64,000 bases of DNA from Octopus sinensis (Eukaryota): assembly GCF_006345805.1 (NCBI RefSeq), contig NC_043014.1, forward strand, positions 8,866,001 through 8,930,000, read 5' to 3'. The notes under the pieces are model-generated. The model was not told the DNA's origin, searched no databases, and saw only the letters and a list, made by a program, of their open reading frames with translations. Positions 12,558-26,394 of this stretch are shown one piece after another. Position numbers and translations under genes: made by a program. Position 1 is the stretch's first letter, and every line of letters begins with the position of its first letter.

Positions 12558-13016
12558 TGTATGTATATTTTGTATATGCATAATATGTGCATATGTCTAA
12601 ACGATGCAATCAAGCATGGAGCATTTCCTTATGTGTTTACGGATGGTTGAATTTTGTGTGTGTGTGTGTGTGTATACATATATGTGGGGGGTGCGTATGT
12701 GTGTATATATAGCGGGGGGAACATGTTCAGGCTTTCATATTACATGCAACTTACGTCAGTTGTTCATGTATACAAAGTTGCATTAAACACACACATGTAT
12801 GTATGCATGGAAAAATGTGTGTGTGTGAGTATGATATATATGTATGTGTGTGTATGTATATATATAATATAAATATATATATATATATATATATATTTCT
12901 TCTAATATTCATACGCATCTTTGAATATATGAATATATATCTATATACACACACATATATATATATATCTCCATATCTCTCTCTCATATATATATATGTG
13001 TGTGTGTGTGTGTGTT

Positions 13017-13051
<35 letters not shown>

Positions 13052-13125
13052 AAATGTGACCTCGGGTGTACCATTGGCGATTTTTTCCCTCTCTCTTCCC
13101 TTCTCTGGATCTTTCCTTCTCCTAT

Positions 13126-13160
13126 GTTTCCGACGAAGATCTCCGCTCGAAACGTTAAAC
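13126..13160 (+). ncRNA. Minimal hammerhead-like motif (U4C variant) in Penelope-like fragment 13050-13256
   Basis: GUUU-CCGACGA-A-GAUC(UCC)GCUC-GAAA-CGUU-AAAC; ACGU palindromic helix III. Confidence 0.5.
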
Positions 13161-13677
13161 CCTCCTTCTTTCCTTCTTTCCTGAGCGTCCAATAATACTA
13201 CATTGCTCCACGTCCTTGCGTTTTGTGTTTTTTGTGCTTCCTGTTTGGATTAACTAATATATATATATATACATATATATATATTATATATTATATATAT
13301 ATATATATATTATATATATTATATATATATATATATATATAATTATATATATACATATATATCTATATATATATCTATATAATATATATAATATATATAT
13401 ATATATATATTATATATTATTCATTACAGATAAAGGGTGAAATATAATTACTTTAATAAAATCAAACAAATTTCACCTAGTAGTATTTCGGTATGGAAAA
13501 AGACCATATTCGGTGAAAAACTTATATAATTGTAATAATAAGGGTTTTTGCAACAAGTTGCTTGACCACATACCGAAAATTTTAGAAATAGCAGCCGAAG
13601 GGCTACTATATAGTAGTAAGCTTGCCTTTTTATTGTCTTCAAAAGTTTGTGTTTGGATAATATTTTTTATGTAAAAG

Positions 13678-16600
13678 TTGTGCAACAACTAATAAATACA
13701 AAATACATTCGGTTGTGCAAATTCTTTGCACGGGAAACCTGCCTTTGTGTGGCGTGTTTCCCCATTTTGTAAATTCGTCTTCGGCTTTCCTAGCCATTTT
13801 CTGCTTTGAGCATGGCGACTTCAAAGCCATGAAGTCCTTCTTCGAGAAGAACGGTGGTCTCCTTGACAACGCTTACGACGTTGATTTCCCTCCCCTCCCC
13901 TTCCCCACTGCTTCACGAGGGAGGGAAAGAAGGGGAGGAGCGAGACAGGTGCAGGTGCGAGCATGGACGCCGACACACGAAGAATTGGAAGAACCCAGAC
14001 GACAGCTTCACAGTCAAGGACTACTACGGACAACTCTGCCACGACCACCACGACCACCACGACCATCACCACCACCACCACCATCACCACCACCACCACC
14101 ACCATCGCCGCCGCCACCACCACCACCATCACCACCACCACCCACCACCACCACCATCACCACCACCACCATCACCACCACCACCACAACCACCACCACC
14201 ATCACAAACACCACCATCACCACCACCACCATCACAAACACCACCATCACCACCACCACCACCACCATCGCCGCCGCCACCACACCACCATCACCACCAC
14301 CACCATCACCACCACCACCTCACCACCACCCATCACCACCACCACCACAACCACCACCACCATCACAAACACCACCATCACCACCACCACCATCACCACC
14401 ACCACCATCACCACACCACCTCACCACCACCACCATCACCACCACCACCAACAACCACCCCACCATCACCACCACCCCACACCACCACCACCATACAAAC
14501 ACCACCATCACCACCACCACAACCACCACCACCATCACACCACCACCACCTCCCACCACCACCACCACCACCACCACCACAACCACCACCACCATCACAA
14601 ACACCACCATCACCACCACCACCACCACAACCACCACCACCACCACCACCACCATCACCACCACCACCATCACCACCATCACCACCACCACCATCCGCCG
14701 CCGCCACCACCACCCATCACCACCACCACCATCACAAAACACCACCACATCACCACCACCACCACACCACCACCACCACCACCAACAACACCATCGCCGC
14801 CGCCACCACCACCACATCCACCACCACCATCACAAACACCACCATCATCACCACCACCACCACCACCCCCACCACCACCACCACCATCACCACCACCACC
14901 ATCACCACCATCACCACCACACCATCGCCGCCGCCACCACCACCACCATCCACCACCACCACCATCACAAACCACCCACCACATCACAACCACACCACCA
15001 CCACCACCACCACCACCACACCACCATCGCCGCCGCCACCACCACCACCATCACCACCACCACCATCCAAACACCACCATCATCACACCACCACCACCAC
15101 CACCACCACCACCACCACCACCATCACCACCACCACCATCACCACCATCACCACCACCACATCGCCGCCGCCACCACCACCACCATCACCACCACCACCA
15201 TCACAAAACACCATCATCCAACCCACACCAAACCACCACCACCACCACCACCATCGCCGCCGCCACCACCACCATCACCACCCACCCATAACCACCCACC
15301 ATCACCACACCACCACCACCACCACCACCACCACCACCACCACCATCACAAAACACCACACATCACCACCACACCACCACCACCACCACCACCACCACCA
15401 CCACCACCATCACCCCCACCATCACCCACCACCATCACAACCATCACACACCCCCACCATCACCAACTCCACCACAACCACCATCATCATCACAAACACA
15501 CCATCATCACCACCACCACCACCACCACCACCACCACCACCACCACACCACCACCATCACAAACACCACCATCATCACCACCACCACCACCAACCACCAC
15601 CAACCACACCACCACCACCACAACCATCATCATCACCACCACCACCATCATCATCACCACCACCACCATCACCACCACCACCACCACCACCACCACAACC
15701 AACACAACCAATTTTCCGTGTGTCGGCGTCCAGGCTCACACATGCATCTGTGAAGCGTTGTCAAGGAGACCACCGTTCTTCTCAAAAACATTTTAAACTT
15801 CGTATACTTGTAGAATGTGTCAAAATAAAACATTTTTTTCTCTTGGCTTTATTCAGAAAATTCTAGAGTTTGTAAGATATTTGCTGTTTTTTCTTCTGCA
15901 ATTTCAACTAATCAATGACGTCTATTGTCCAACAACTAATAAATACAAAATACATTCGGTTGCGCAAATTCTTTGCTCGGGAAACCTGCCTTTGTGTGGC
16001 GTGTTTCCCTATTTTGTAAATTCGTCTTCGGCTTTCCTAGCCATTTTCTGCTTTGAGCATGGCGACTTCAAAGCCATGAAGTCGTTCTTCGAGAAGAACG
16101 GTGGTCTCCTTGACAACGCTTACGACGTTGATTTCCCTCCCCTCCCCTTCCCCAATGCTTCACGAGGGAGGGAAAGAAGGGGAGGAGCGAGACAGGTGCA
16201 GGTGCGAGCATGGACGCCGACACACGAAGAATTGGAAGAACCCAGACGACAAATTCACAGTCAACGACTACTACGGACAACTCTGCCACAACCACCACCA
16301 CCAACACGACCACCACCATCACCAGCACCATCACCACCACCATCGCCGCCACCATCACCACCACCATCGCCGCCGCCACCATCACCACCACCATCATCAC
16401 CACAATCACCACCACCATCGCCGCCACCTTCACCATCACCATCATCACCACCACCATCGCAGCCACCATCACCACCACATCGCAGCCACCATCACCACCA
16501 CCATCGCCGCCACCACCACCACCACCACCACCATCACCACCACCATCACCACCACCATTGCCGCCGCCATCACCACCACCATCGCCGCAACCACCACCAC

Positions 16601-17588
16601 CATCACCACCACCATCACCACCATCATCGCCACCACCATCACCACCATCATCGCCACCACCATCACCACCACCATCGCCGCCACCACCATCACCGCCACC
16701 ATCGCCGCCACCATCGCGACACCACCACCACAACCACCATCGCCGCCGCTATCACCACCACCATCGCCGCCACCACCATCACCACCATCACCACTACCAT
16801 CACCGCAACCATCGCCCCCACCATCGCCGCCACCACCACCACCATCACCACCACCATCACCACCACCATCGCCGCCGCCACCACCACCACCATCGCCGCC
16901 ATCTCCACCACCATCGCCGCCACCATCACCACCATCATCGCCACCACCACCACCACCACCACCACCATCACCACCACCAAGTCCACCACCACCACCATCA
17001 CCAACTCCACCACCACCATCATCACCACCGCCACCACCACCACCATCATCATCACCACCACCACCGTCATCACCACCACCACCATCATACCATCAACACA
17101 ACCACCACCATCACCACCAACTCCACCACCACCATCATCACCACCACAACCACCATCACCAATTTTCCGTGTGTCGGCGTCCAGGCTCACACATGCATCT
17201 GTGAAGCGTTGTCAAGGAGACCACCGTTCTTCTCAAAAAATTTAAACTTCGTATACTTGTAGAATGTGTCAAAATAAAACTTTTTTTCTCTTGGCTTTAT
17301 TCAGAAAATTCTAGAGTTTGTAAGATATTTGCTGTTTTTTCTTCTGCAATTTCAACTAATCAATGACGTCTATTGTGCAACAACTAATAAATACATTCGG
17401 TTGTGCAAATTCTTTGCACGGGAAACCTGCCTTTGTGTGGCGTGTTTCCCCATTTTGTAAATTCGTCTTCGGCTTTCCCAGCCATTTTCTGCTTTGAGCA
17501 TGGCGACTTCAAAGCCATGAAGTCGTTCTTCGAGAAGAACGGTGGTCTCCTTGACAACGCTTACGACGTTGAATTCCCTCCCGTCCCC
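13678..17588 (+). repeat. Macrosatellite: 2 full units plus 1 partial unit with (CAC/CAT)n cores
   Basis: Units start at about 13678, 15925 and 17373; CAC arrays at 14036-15712 and 16285-17160. Confidence 0.9.
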
Positions 17589-17935
17589 TGTGTATGGCAG
17601 GTTTGGTAGCCTTCAAGAAACAGTATCTCCTCCGAGACCCTGCGGCACAAGTTGACCAAAATTGAGAGTATGATAGAAGACGGCTTGCTCTTCTTTCCGT
17701 AGAAGAAAAAGTTCAAATCGTGCCATGTTAACACCAAAAATTATTTACATAAAAAAGGTGCTTATTTTTCTATAAAAATCCTTATTTTTTACGATTTTTT
17801 GACAGCTGTGTCGCCATTTTTCGGTGTATTTCAACCAGAAAATTGTTCACTTAAAGAGAATAACAAGCTACATAGTGCAAATTTTTTACTTTTCAAAAAT
17901 TCCAATTCTAAAGGGTCAAAACCAACCCGAGCAAC
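17588..17935 (+). mobile_element. Helitron family B, truncated at both ends
   Basis: Matches 53073-53443; stops inside the terminal hairpin (cccgagcaac). Confidence 0.75.
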
Positions 17936-18129
17936 TTGGTGGTTTCATTCTAGGCCACAAAATTTTTCTCTATATAATTACACACATATGTTAACGATTT
18001 CTTTTCCTTCTTTGGATTTTTCTCTTTCTTTTTTCCGAAGAAGAGCCATGCTCCAAATGTCAGAACTCCCACTTTTTACTGAGCATCAAACTAATACATT
18101 CCTTATGCACGTCCTTTTATTGTCTCTCT

Positions 18130-18370
18130 GTTACTCTTTTACTCTTTTACACATTTCAGTCATTTGACTGTGGCCATGCTGGAGCACCGCCTTTAGTCGA
18201 GCAAATCGACCCCAGGACTTATTCGTTGTGAGGCTAGTACTTATTCTATCGGTCTCTTATGCCGAACCTCTAAGTTACAGGGACGTAAACACACCAGCAT
18301 CGGTTGTCAAGCGATGTTGGGAGATAAACACAGACACACAAACACAGACACACACCCACACATACATACA

Positions 18371-18402
<32 letters not shown>

Positions 18403-18662
18403 CATACATACATACATACATGTATTTATATATATATAAAGAAGCCCATCGTATATATATATACATATATACGACGGGCTTCTTTCAGTTTCTGTTTACC
18501 AAATCTACTTACAAGGCTTTGGTCGACCCGAGGTTATAGTAGAAGACAGTTGCCCAAGGTGCCATGCAATGGGACTGAACCCGGAACCATGATTTTCGTA
18601 AGCAAGCTACTTACCACACAGCCACTCCTACGCCTCTTACCACAGAGCCACTCCTACGCCTG
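18130..18662 (-). mobile_element. CORE-type SINE
   Basis: Full family sequence on minus strand. Confidence 0.85.
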
Positions 18663-18870
18663 TCTGTTATTGTTAATTTTAATGTTCGTTTATTTGAATC
18701 GAGCATATAAAATCAATTTGATATTCCATTCTGACCTGCCATGGTCCCATTAATGGTTCTGTTGAATGTCAGCCTCTTGTAGCAGTAACCAACTATTAAG
18801 TCTCTTCCAAATGCCTTCTCATTCAGCAGTTTCGAGTAATGCATGCATGTATATTAGCATATATGTATGT

Positions 18871-19135
18871 ATCATCATCATTTAGCGTCCGCTTTCCATG
18901 CTGGCATGGGTTGGACGGTTCAACTGGGGTCTGGGAAGCCAGAAGGCTGCATCAGGCCCAGTCTGATCTGGCAATGTTTCTACGGCTGGATGCCCTTCCT
19001 AACGCCAACCACTCCGTGAGTGTAGTGGGTGCTTTTTACGTGCCACCTGCACAGGTGCCAGACGGAGCTGGCAAACGGCCACGGACGGATGGTGCTTTTT
19101 ACATGCCACCGGCACGAGCGTGCCACCGGCACGGG
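18871..19135 (-). mobile_element. (GAT)n-tailed SINE, 3' part
   Basis: 'tcatcatcatttagcgtccgctttccatgc...'. Confidence 0.8.
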
Positions 19136-19144
19136 CGTTTCACC

Positions 19145-20168
19145 GTATGTAGTCATGCATGTTGAATGTATGTATGTATGCATTATGTATATGTGTATGC
19201 ATGTATGTAATTGCTATGTATGTATTATGTATGTGCATATTAAGGTTCTATGTATGTATACATGTATGCATGAATTATGTGTGTATATATATATGCATGT
19301 ATGCATGTATTATGTATGTATGTATGTAGGTATTATAATGTATGCATGTGTGTATATGTTATGTATGTATTATGTATATGTGTATTAAGTGTACATGTAT
19401 GTATACGTGTATAAATGAAACATGTACGTACACCTTATACATGCATGTATGTATGTATGTATGTATGCATGCATGTATGTATGTATGTACGTATGCATTA
19501 TGTATGTATGTATGTACGTATGCATGTATGTATGTATACATGCATGCATGTATGTATGTACGTATGTATGTAGTATGTATGTATGTATGTATGTACGTAT
19601 GCATGTATGTATGTATGTAAGTGTGTATGTATGTACGTATGTAAATATGTATGTACGTTGTATGTATGTATGTATGTACGTATGTATGTATGTATGCATG
19701 TATGTATGTATGCATGTATGTTTGTATGTATGCATGCATGTATGTATGTTGTATGTATGTATGTATGTATGCATGCATGCATGTATGTATGTATACATGT
19801 ATGTATATATGTGTGTATGTATGTATGTATATATGTATGTACATATGTAAATATGCATGTATGTATATATGTGTGTATGTATGTATGTATGTATGTATGC
19901 ATGTATGTATGTATTTATATATGTATGTATGTATGTAAGTATGTATGCATGTATGTATGTATGTATGTATGTATGTATGCATGTATGTATGTATGTATAT
20001 ATATACGTTATGTATGTATGCATGCAGGTATACATACATGTATGTATGTATGTATGTACGTTATGTATGTATGCATGCATGTATACATAATGTATGTATG
20101 CATGCAAACATACATGTAGTAGTATGTATGTACTACTTGTGTTATGTATGTATGATTCAACATGCATG

Positions 20169-20223
<55 letters not shown>

Positions 20224-20330
20224 GTCTCCGTCCAACACCATGCCAGGCATGGAAAGCGGACGCTAAACGATGATGATGATATGTATGTATGTATTTAATG
20301 TATGTATGTATGTACTTGAGTATGTATGTA
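19145..20330. repeat. (TATG)n microsatellite complex
   Basis: Tetranucleotide run. Confidence 0.95.
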
Positions 20331-20528
20331 TGTATATAGGTTTCTGCTCTCCACCGAAGATGCCAACGACACCAGTCAGGTCTTCCAGTTGTGAAACGAA
20401 ACACATGGTGTTTGTTCGAACGTTATACATAACAATACAGGCATAACTATTCACTTCCAACGAATATTTTTCTCTATTTATGAATGGCCATTCGCTTTCC
20501 ACAATTATTACGAGTATTGTATGTCTGC

Positions 20529-20588
<60 letters not shown>

Positions 20589-20854
20589 GTGTGCGTGTGT
20601 GCATGTGTGTGTACGTGTGTGCGTGTGTGTGTGTGTGTGTTGTGTGTGTGCGTGCGCGTGTGTGTGTGTGTGTATGTGTGTTTACATATAAAAGGTAGAA
20701 TCTGCGGTCCTTCCTGGGCCGTAGATTGGTAAGGCCGGCTTCCTGAAATCTATGATGTATGTATAATTCCCCACTAGACCAGATGCTAACCCGTCGCAAG
20801 ATTACTCCTTTTTGCCAGTTGAGTGAGCTGTAGCGATAGTCATTTGACATAAAC

Positions 20855-21112
20855 ACATCAGCATCGGTTGTCAAACGATGTTGGGGGGACAAACACAGAC
20901 ACATAAACATATACACACACAGATACATATACATATACATACATATATATGAGGGGCTTCTTTCAGTTTCCGTCTACCAAATCCACTCTCACGGCTTAGA
21001 TATGCCCGAGGCTATAATAGAAGACACTTGCCCAAGGTGCCACGCAGTGGGACTGAACCCAGAACCATGTGGTTCATAAGCAAGCTACTTACCACACAGC
21101 CACTCCTACGCC
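20855..21112 (-). mobile_element. CORE-type SINE, 5' part
   Basis: Family head on minus strand. Confidence 0.8.
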
Positions 21113-21329
21113 TTTGAGTTTAAAAAATAAAAACCCAGCTGTGTTTAAGAATGTCATAAGTTTACCCTCTCCATTACTGTTCTGGGGAGTGAGGAAGTAA
21201 ATTCCAGGAGTTGACTGCAGCTATTTTAAACACTTTTCATTGCTCTGTACATTGTCCAAGTTTCTACCTCGTAGAGAACAAGTGGCATAAATTGTCCTCA
21301 ATTTTAGATGCAGTGGTATATCTTGTGAG

Positions 21330-21750
21330 GTGAAAGGCGGCGAGCTGGCAGAAACGTTAGCATGCCGGGCGAAATGTGCAGCCATATTTTGTCTGCCGTT
21401 ACGTTCTGAGTTCAAATTCTACCGAGGTCGACTTTGCCTTTCATCCTTTCGGGGTCGATAAATTATGTACCAGTTACGCACTGGAGTCGATATAATCGAC
21501 TTAATCTCTTTGTCTGTCCTTGTTTGTCCCCTCTGTGTTTAGCCCCTTGTGGGTAGTAAAGAAATAGGTATTTCGTCTGCCGTTACGTTCTAAGTTCAAA
21601 TTCCGCTGAAGTTGACTTTGCCTTTTATCCTTTCGAGGTCGATGAATTAAGTACCAGTTACGCACTGGGGTCGATATAATCGACTTAATCCGTTTGTCTG
21701 TCCTTGTTTGTCCCCTCTGTGTTTAGCCCCTTGTGGGTAGTTAAAAAATA
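21330..21750 (+). mobile_element. Dimeric Meta-like SINE with 15-bp TSD
   Basis: TSD ggtatatcttgtgag at 21315-21329 and 21751-21765. Confidence 0.85.
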
Positions 21751-22087
21751 GGTATATCTTGTGAGTCGAAGATATTTTTCGGCCTTATACATGAAGGTTT
21801 AGTTATATTCATTCTTTGAGTAACTTATAATAGTCAGAGACTATCCTGATTTATTATTTCTTCTAAATGGGTAATGTAGAGAGCAATGGAAAAGAAGAGA
21901 GAAGTGGGTCTTTTGCAATGGAAAAGAAGAGAGAAGTGGGTCTTTTGCAAATTGGATAGAATAAGCTGGAAAGTACTGGGTAACAAATGTTGCTGCACAA
22001 GAGGAGCTGAAAGTCCGAAGATACCAATTGATGAGAATCGAATTTACAAAGTTATCATATTTGGACATACAGTTGACCACGAGTCAG

Positions 22088-22590
22088 CCTGTAATGACAT
22101 GCATAAGATCTGGTCATCAAATCTAAGTAGAGACTTCAAACTTGAAATCTTCAAAGCCACAGTCGAACCTATTCTACTGTATGGCTCAGAAACCTGGACG
22201 TTATCAAAGAAGCTTGAGAGGCGGTTGGATGGAACCTACACTCGCCTCCTTATGAGAGCTCAAAATCTCTCGTGGAAGCGTCATCCAACCAAAATGCAAA
22301 TATATGGGAAACTACCACCTGTGTCATCTCTTGCGAAAGGTAGACGAGTCCAGTTTGCTGGACATTGTTGTAGAGCTGAAAACGAGGCAATTTCTACTCT
22401 TCTCCTCTGGAACCCATCTGCTCGTGATACCAGAGGGCGCACACTCTCCTATCCTGATGTAATCTCCAGGGATACAAGCATCCAGCAACAGCACCTCCGT
22501 AATGCTATGATGGCCCGTGAAGTCTGGCGTAGCATGGTAAATTCCATTGTCTCGACCACGGTCGAACAATGATGATGATGATGATGATGA
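22088..22590 (+). pseudogene. 5'-truncated RTE-clade LINE 3' end
   Basis: KLEIFKATVEPILLYGSETWTL...RRVQFAGHCCR...; (TGA)n tail. Confidence 0.85.
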
Positions 22591-22825
22591 CCACGAGTCA
22601 TTGTAACAGAGCATCTGATAGATAGCTTGGGGAGGACGAGATCAAAAGGCCATCAAAAATGTTTGTGGATTGGTCACATCAAAGAATAGACTAAAAACAT
22701 GAGCCTGGCAAATAGTACGCATGTTGCACAACACAGAAGGAACTGGAAAGAATTGGCAAACTGACTCTTGGACACAGGAGAAGCAACTTGTTGATAATGA
22801 TGTTTTTTGCTCAAGTGGAATACAG

Positions 22826-22997
22826 GCGCAGGAGTGGCTGTGTGGTAAATAGCTTGTTTACCAACCACATGGTTCTAGGTTCAGTCCCACTGCGTGGTAC
22901 CTTGGGCAAGTGTCTTCTACTATAGCATCGGGCCGACCAAAGCCTTGTGAGTGGATTTGGTAGACGGAAACTGAAAGAAGCCCGTCGTATATATGTA

Positions 22998-23037
<40 letters not shown>

Positions 23038-23055
23038 ATATAGAAATTCGGGGTG

Positions 23056-23101
<46 letters not shown>

Positions 23102-23320
23102 TGTGTGTGTTTGTGTGACTGTGTTTGTCCTCCTAGCATTGCTTGACAACCGATGCTGGTGTGTTTATGTCCCCGTTACTTAGCGGTTCGGCAAAGGAGT
23201 CCGATAGAATAAGTACTGGGTTACAAAAAAAGAATAAGTCCCGGGGTCGAGTTGCTCGATTAAAGGCGGTGCTCCAGCATGGCCGCAGTCAAATGACTGA
23301 AACAAGTAAAAGAGAGAAAA
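22826..23320 (+). mobile_element. CORE-type SINE
   Basis: Full family sequence. Confidence 0.85.
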
Positions 23321-23897
23321 AGAGAGAGAGAGAGAGTTATGAAATGAAACAAAAAGAAATTGTTTCATTATTTCTCGGTTATATTACCTGCAGAACCATT
23401 GTGCCATTAAAGATAAGCAAAGTAATTTTCTTTCCTTCAAAGACAGCGCCATTAATTCGACCCGGTGATCGAGACATTACATAAGCCTTAAAAGCTTAAA
23501 ATCGGAAAGAAATTTCTAGAACAATTTTAACCAAAATCAATGGTGTTTTAAGCCTATCAGATACAAATGCTATTGCAAAACGGATTTAATCCTCTTCATG
23601 ATTTGCATATACTAGCAATGTCATATAAAAAGTCGTTTTAAGCTAATAATATTCATAGTAATTCCGTTCTATATTGCAAAGTTCTTGACAATGAATATAA
23701 ACTAGTTGGACCCATGGAAATTCCAGGAGGTCGATGACCTATATATCTTTACTATAACAATCTAGATGGTTATTGTGTATTTTTGATGTCTATTACTCTG
23801 GAGATGTATGCATTTAGTAATATTTTCACATTTTTTCAGTCCGAATATCAACGAATTTTTTCAATGTTTTGGCCTTAATAAATTGTGTATGTGATGT

Positions 23898-23947
<50 letters not shown>

Positions 23948-23981
23948 GTATATACGTATATATATTTATCTATATTATATA

Positions 23982-24017
<36 letters not shown>

Positions 24018-24109
24018 ATGTAAAAAAATACAAACTGGGACAAGAACGCAAAACATTTAGAAGACGATACAAAAAACACAGACGGGACATTCGAAGTCTT
24101 CAATCTATA

Positions 24110-24188
24110 TACATGTATGTATGTATGTATGTATGTATGTATGTATGTATGTATGTATGTATGTTATGCATGTATGTATGTATGTACG

Positions 24189-24237
<49 letters not shown>

Positions 24238-24266
24238 GTATGTATGTATGTATGTATGTATGTAAG

Positions 24267-24300
<34 letters not shown>

Positions 24301-24395
24301 TGTATGTATGTATGTATGTATATGTATGTATGTATGTATGTATGTATGGTATGTATGTATGTATGTATGTATGTATGTATGTATGTATGTATGTA
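24110..24395. repeat. (TATG)n microsatellite
   Basis: Tetranucleotide run. Confidence 0.95.
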
Positions 24396-24636
24396 TATGA
24401 AAAAAAGAGTCAAGGTAGAAAATGCTAAAATAATTTTATAAAAAACATTTCAGTACCGAGACTTTTTCAACTGTAAGTATGGAAAGCAATTAAATTTTGG
24501 AAAAATTAAAACAAAAGTTTTTTAAAAGAATATTTGTATAGTATTCAAATAAAAGGGGCATTTCCCTTGTTTCTGCCTGTCTCTGTCTCTCTTGTTTACT
24601 TTTGTGGGTTCGAGTCCGTTGTAAATTCTTGTTAGG

Positions 24637-24805
24637 GAAGAAGAAGAAGAAGAAGAAGAAGAAGAAGGAGAAGAAGAAGAAGAAGACGAAGAAGAAGAAG
24701 AAGAAGAAGAAGGAGAAGAAGAAGGAGAAGAAGAAGACGAAGAAGAAGAAGAAGAAGGAGAAATGGAAGAAGTGGAAGAAGTGGAAGAAGTGGAAGAAGA
24801 AGAAG

Positions 24806-24835
<30 letters not shown>
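24637..24835. repeat. (GAA)n microsatellite
   Basis: Trinucleotide run. Confidence 0.95.
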
Positions 24836-24836
<1 letters not shown>

Positions 24837-24863
24837 GAGAACCGAGGTTCGAAATTTCCCCAA

Positions 24864-24909
24864 GAAACCTGAAGACGGCTGGAGGGTATATCAGCCAAAA
24901 CATTGTGTT
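24864..24909 (+). ncRNA. Degenerate hammerhead-like motif in Penelope-like fragment 24838-24960
   Basis: CUGAAGA-C-GGCUG...CAGCC-AAAAC-AUU-GUGUU; GAAACGUU restorable by two CpG-type G>A reversals. Confidence 0.4.
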
Positions 24910-25531
24910 AACAACAAACAAGATGAGGACAAATATCTGTCAAATGTAAATAATGTAAATAGAGTTAGACAAGGTTGTGCATTATCACCAGGATATTTCA
25001 ACCACTACTTATCATAACAGCAGTTTAACAGTTTCTGAAATTGAAAGGATCTTGGAATTGATAATATCCAAATTAATTAGCTGTCATGCTTGATATACTA
25101 CGTAATCAAAATGATAGCTTCCAGTGTTCTCTAAACTTGGGGGGGGGGGAAACCCCTAAGATCTAAATGGATTTATACTAGGACGATACTAAAGGGTTCC
25201 TGAGGCATTTTGGGAAAGTGTTATCTACTATAGCCCTGGACTGACCAAAGCCTTGTGAGTGGATTTGGTAGACGGAAACTGAAAGAAGCCCATCGCACAT
25301 GTGTGTGTGTGTATACATGTGCATGTGTGTGTGTGTGCTTGTGGGTGTGTGTGTGTGCACATACATGTTCATGTGTGTGTGTCTGTGTTTGTACTTCTCC
25401 AACACCGCCTCAGAACAAGTGTTGATTTCATAAGGTTTCTTGGGGAAATTTCGAACCTGGGTTCTTATTCCTAAGGTATTTTTTAATGTTATTATTATTA
25501 TTATTAAATTATTATTATTATATTATTATTA

Positions 25532-25569
<38 letters not shown>

Positions 25570-25570
<1 letters not shown>

Positions 25571-26020
25571 TATGTTTTTTCCTTCTTTTTTCTCAAATTT
25601 TCTTCCGTTTCTCGCCGAGTGTTTTCCATACACCTAGGGCAGAGAAGCTCATTGTATGCATTCCCAGATTACACACGCAAATTCACAGATAAAATATGTA
25701 TTTAAAAATTTAATAAATAAATAAATTCATGGATGGATGTTGTTTTCACAGCGATAATGCTCTTCTCAGTACATGCGTCGTTCCAGTTAATACGATTTTT
25801 TGCATTTCCTGTAGGGATGGTAAGCCTGGAATCATTTTCAAATAGGTTTCACTGCCTTTTTTTATCATTCCTAGAGATCCTACAATCACTGGTACTGTAA
25901 TCGCCTTCAGATGCCACATTTTTTCAATTTCCATTAGCAGGTCTTTATATTTACTAATCTTGTCAAATTCTTTCGCCGCTATATTGTAATCACAGGGAAT
26001 ACTCATGTCAATTAATAAAC
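25570..26020 (-). pseudogene. 3' end of R4/Dong-like LINE (RLE domain plus 3' UTR) ending in (TAA)n
   Basis: LLIDMSIPCDYNIAAKEFDKISKYKDL...VPVIVGSLG...QKIVLTGTTHVLRRALSL*. Confidence 0.8.
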
Positions 26021-26074
26021 AACAAAAAAAAGTAAATAAATAAACACATTATTATTTATTATTATTATTTTTTT

Positions 26075-26293
26075 TTTTTTTCTCTTTTTTTATTTTTTTT
26101 TTTAGCGTGCTTTCACTTCACTACCGAGCGCAGCTCTGTGTGCCTTGGGTATGTGCTGTGATGTGTTGTGATGCTCTGATGGCTATTGTATGGAAAGTGT
26201 TCTGCGTAGGGGTGTGCAGTGCCTAGTAGTTGCAATTTTCTGTATGTTATATGTGTTTGTAAGTCCTGGTGTTTTGTTATGTATTTGTCTGAA

Positions 26294-26295
<2 letters not shown>
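26075..26295 (-). pseudogene. Second R4/Dong-like 3' fragment (different family)
   Basis: Frameshifted ...KTPGLTNTYNIQKI / LLGTAH... terminus; lies between TAA tracts. Confidence 0.55.
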
Positions 26296-26324
<29 letters not shown>

Positions 26325-26394
26325 TATTATTATTATTATTATTATTATTCAGGTCACTGCTTGGAATCGAACTCAGAGAGTCAAGTACAGCAAC

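Larger units (their letters stand above)
12466..17935 (+). repeat. Left arm of large inverted duplication
   Basis: Reverse complement of 28750-35014, apart from later insertions and repeat copy-number differences. Confidence 0.9.

Noticed and set aside
13715-17262. 350-693-aa Pro/Thr/His-rich ORFs (also 30151-31316)
   Set aside because: All three frames are open because CAC repeats lack stops; the non-repeat parts are transposon-derived.
20354-20425. CCGAAGA...GAAAC with a strong hairpin
   Set aside because: Helix II is weak and there is no helix I partner.
24435-24485. Minus-strand UUGAAAA-AGU...ACU-GAAAUGUU motif
   Set aside because: Resembles a U3:A8 core, but helix I has at most 2 bp.
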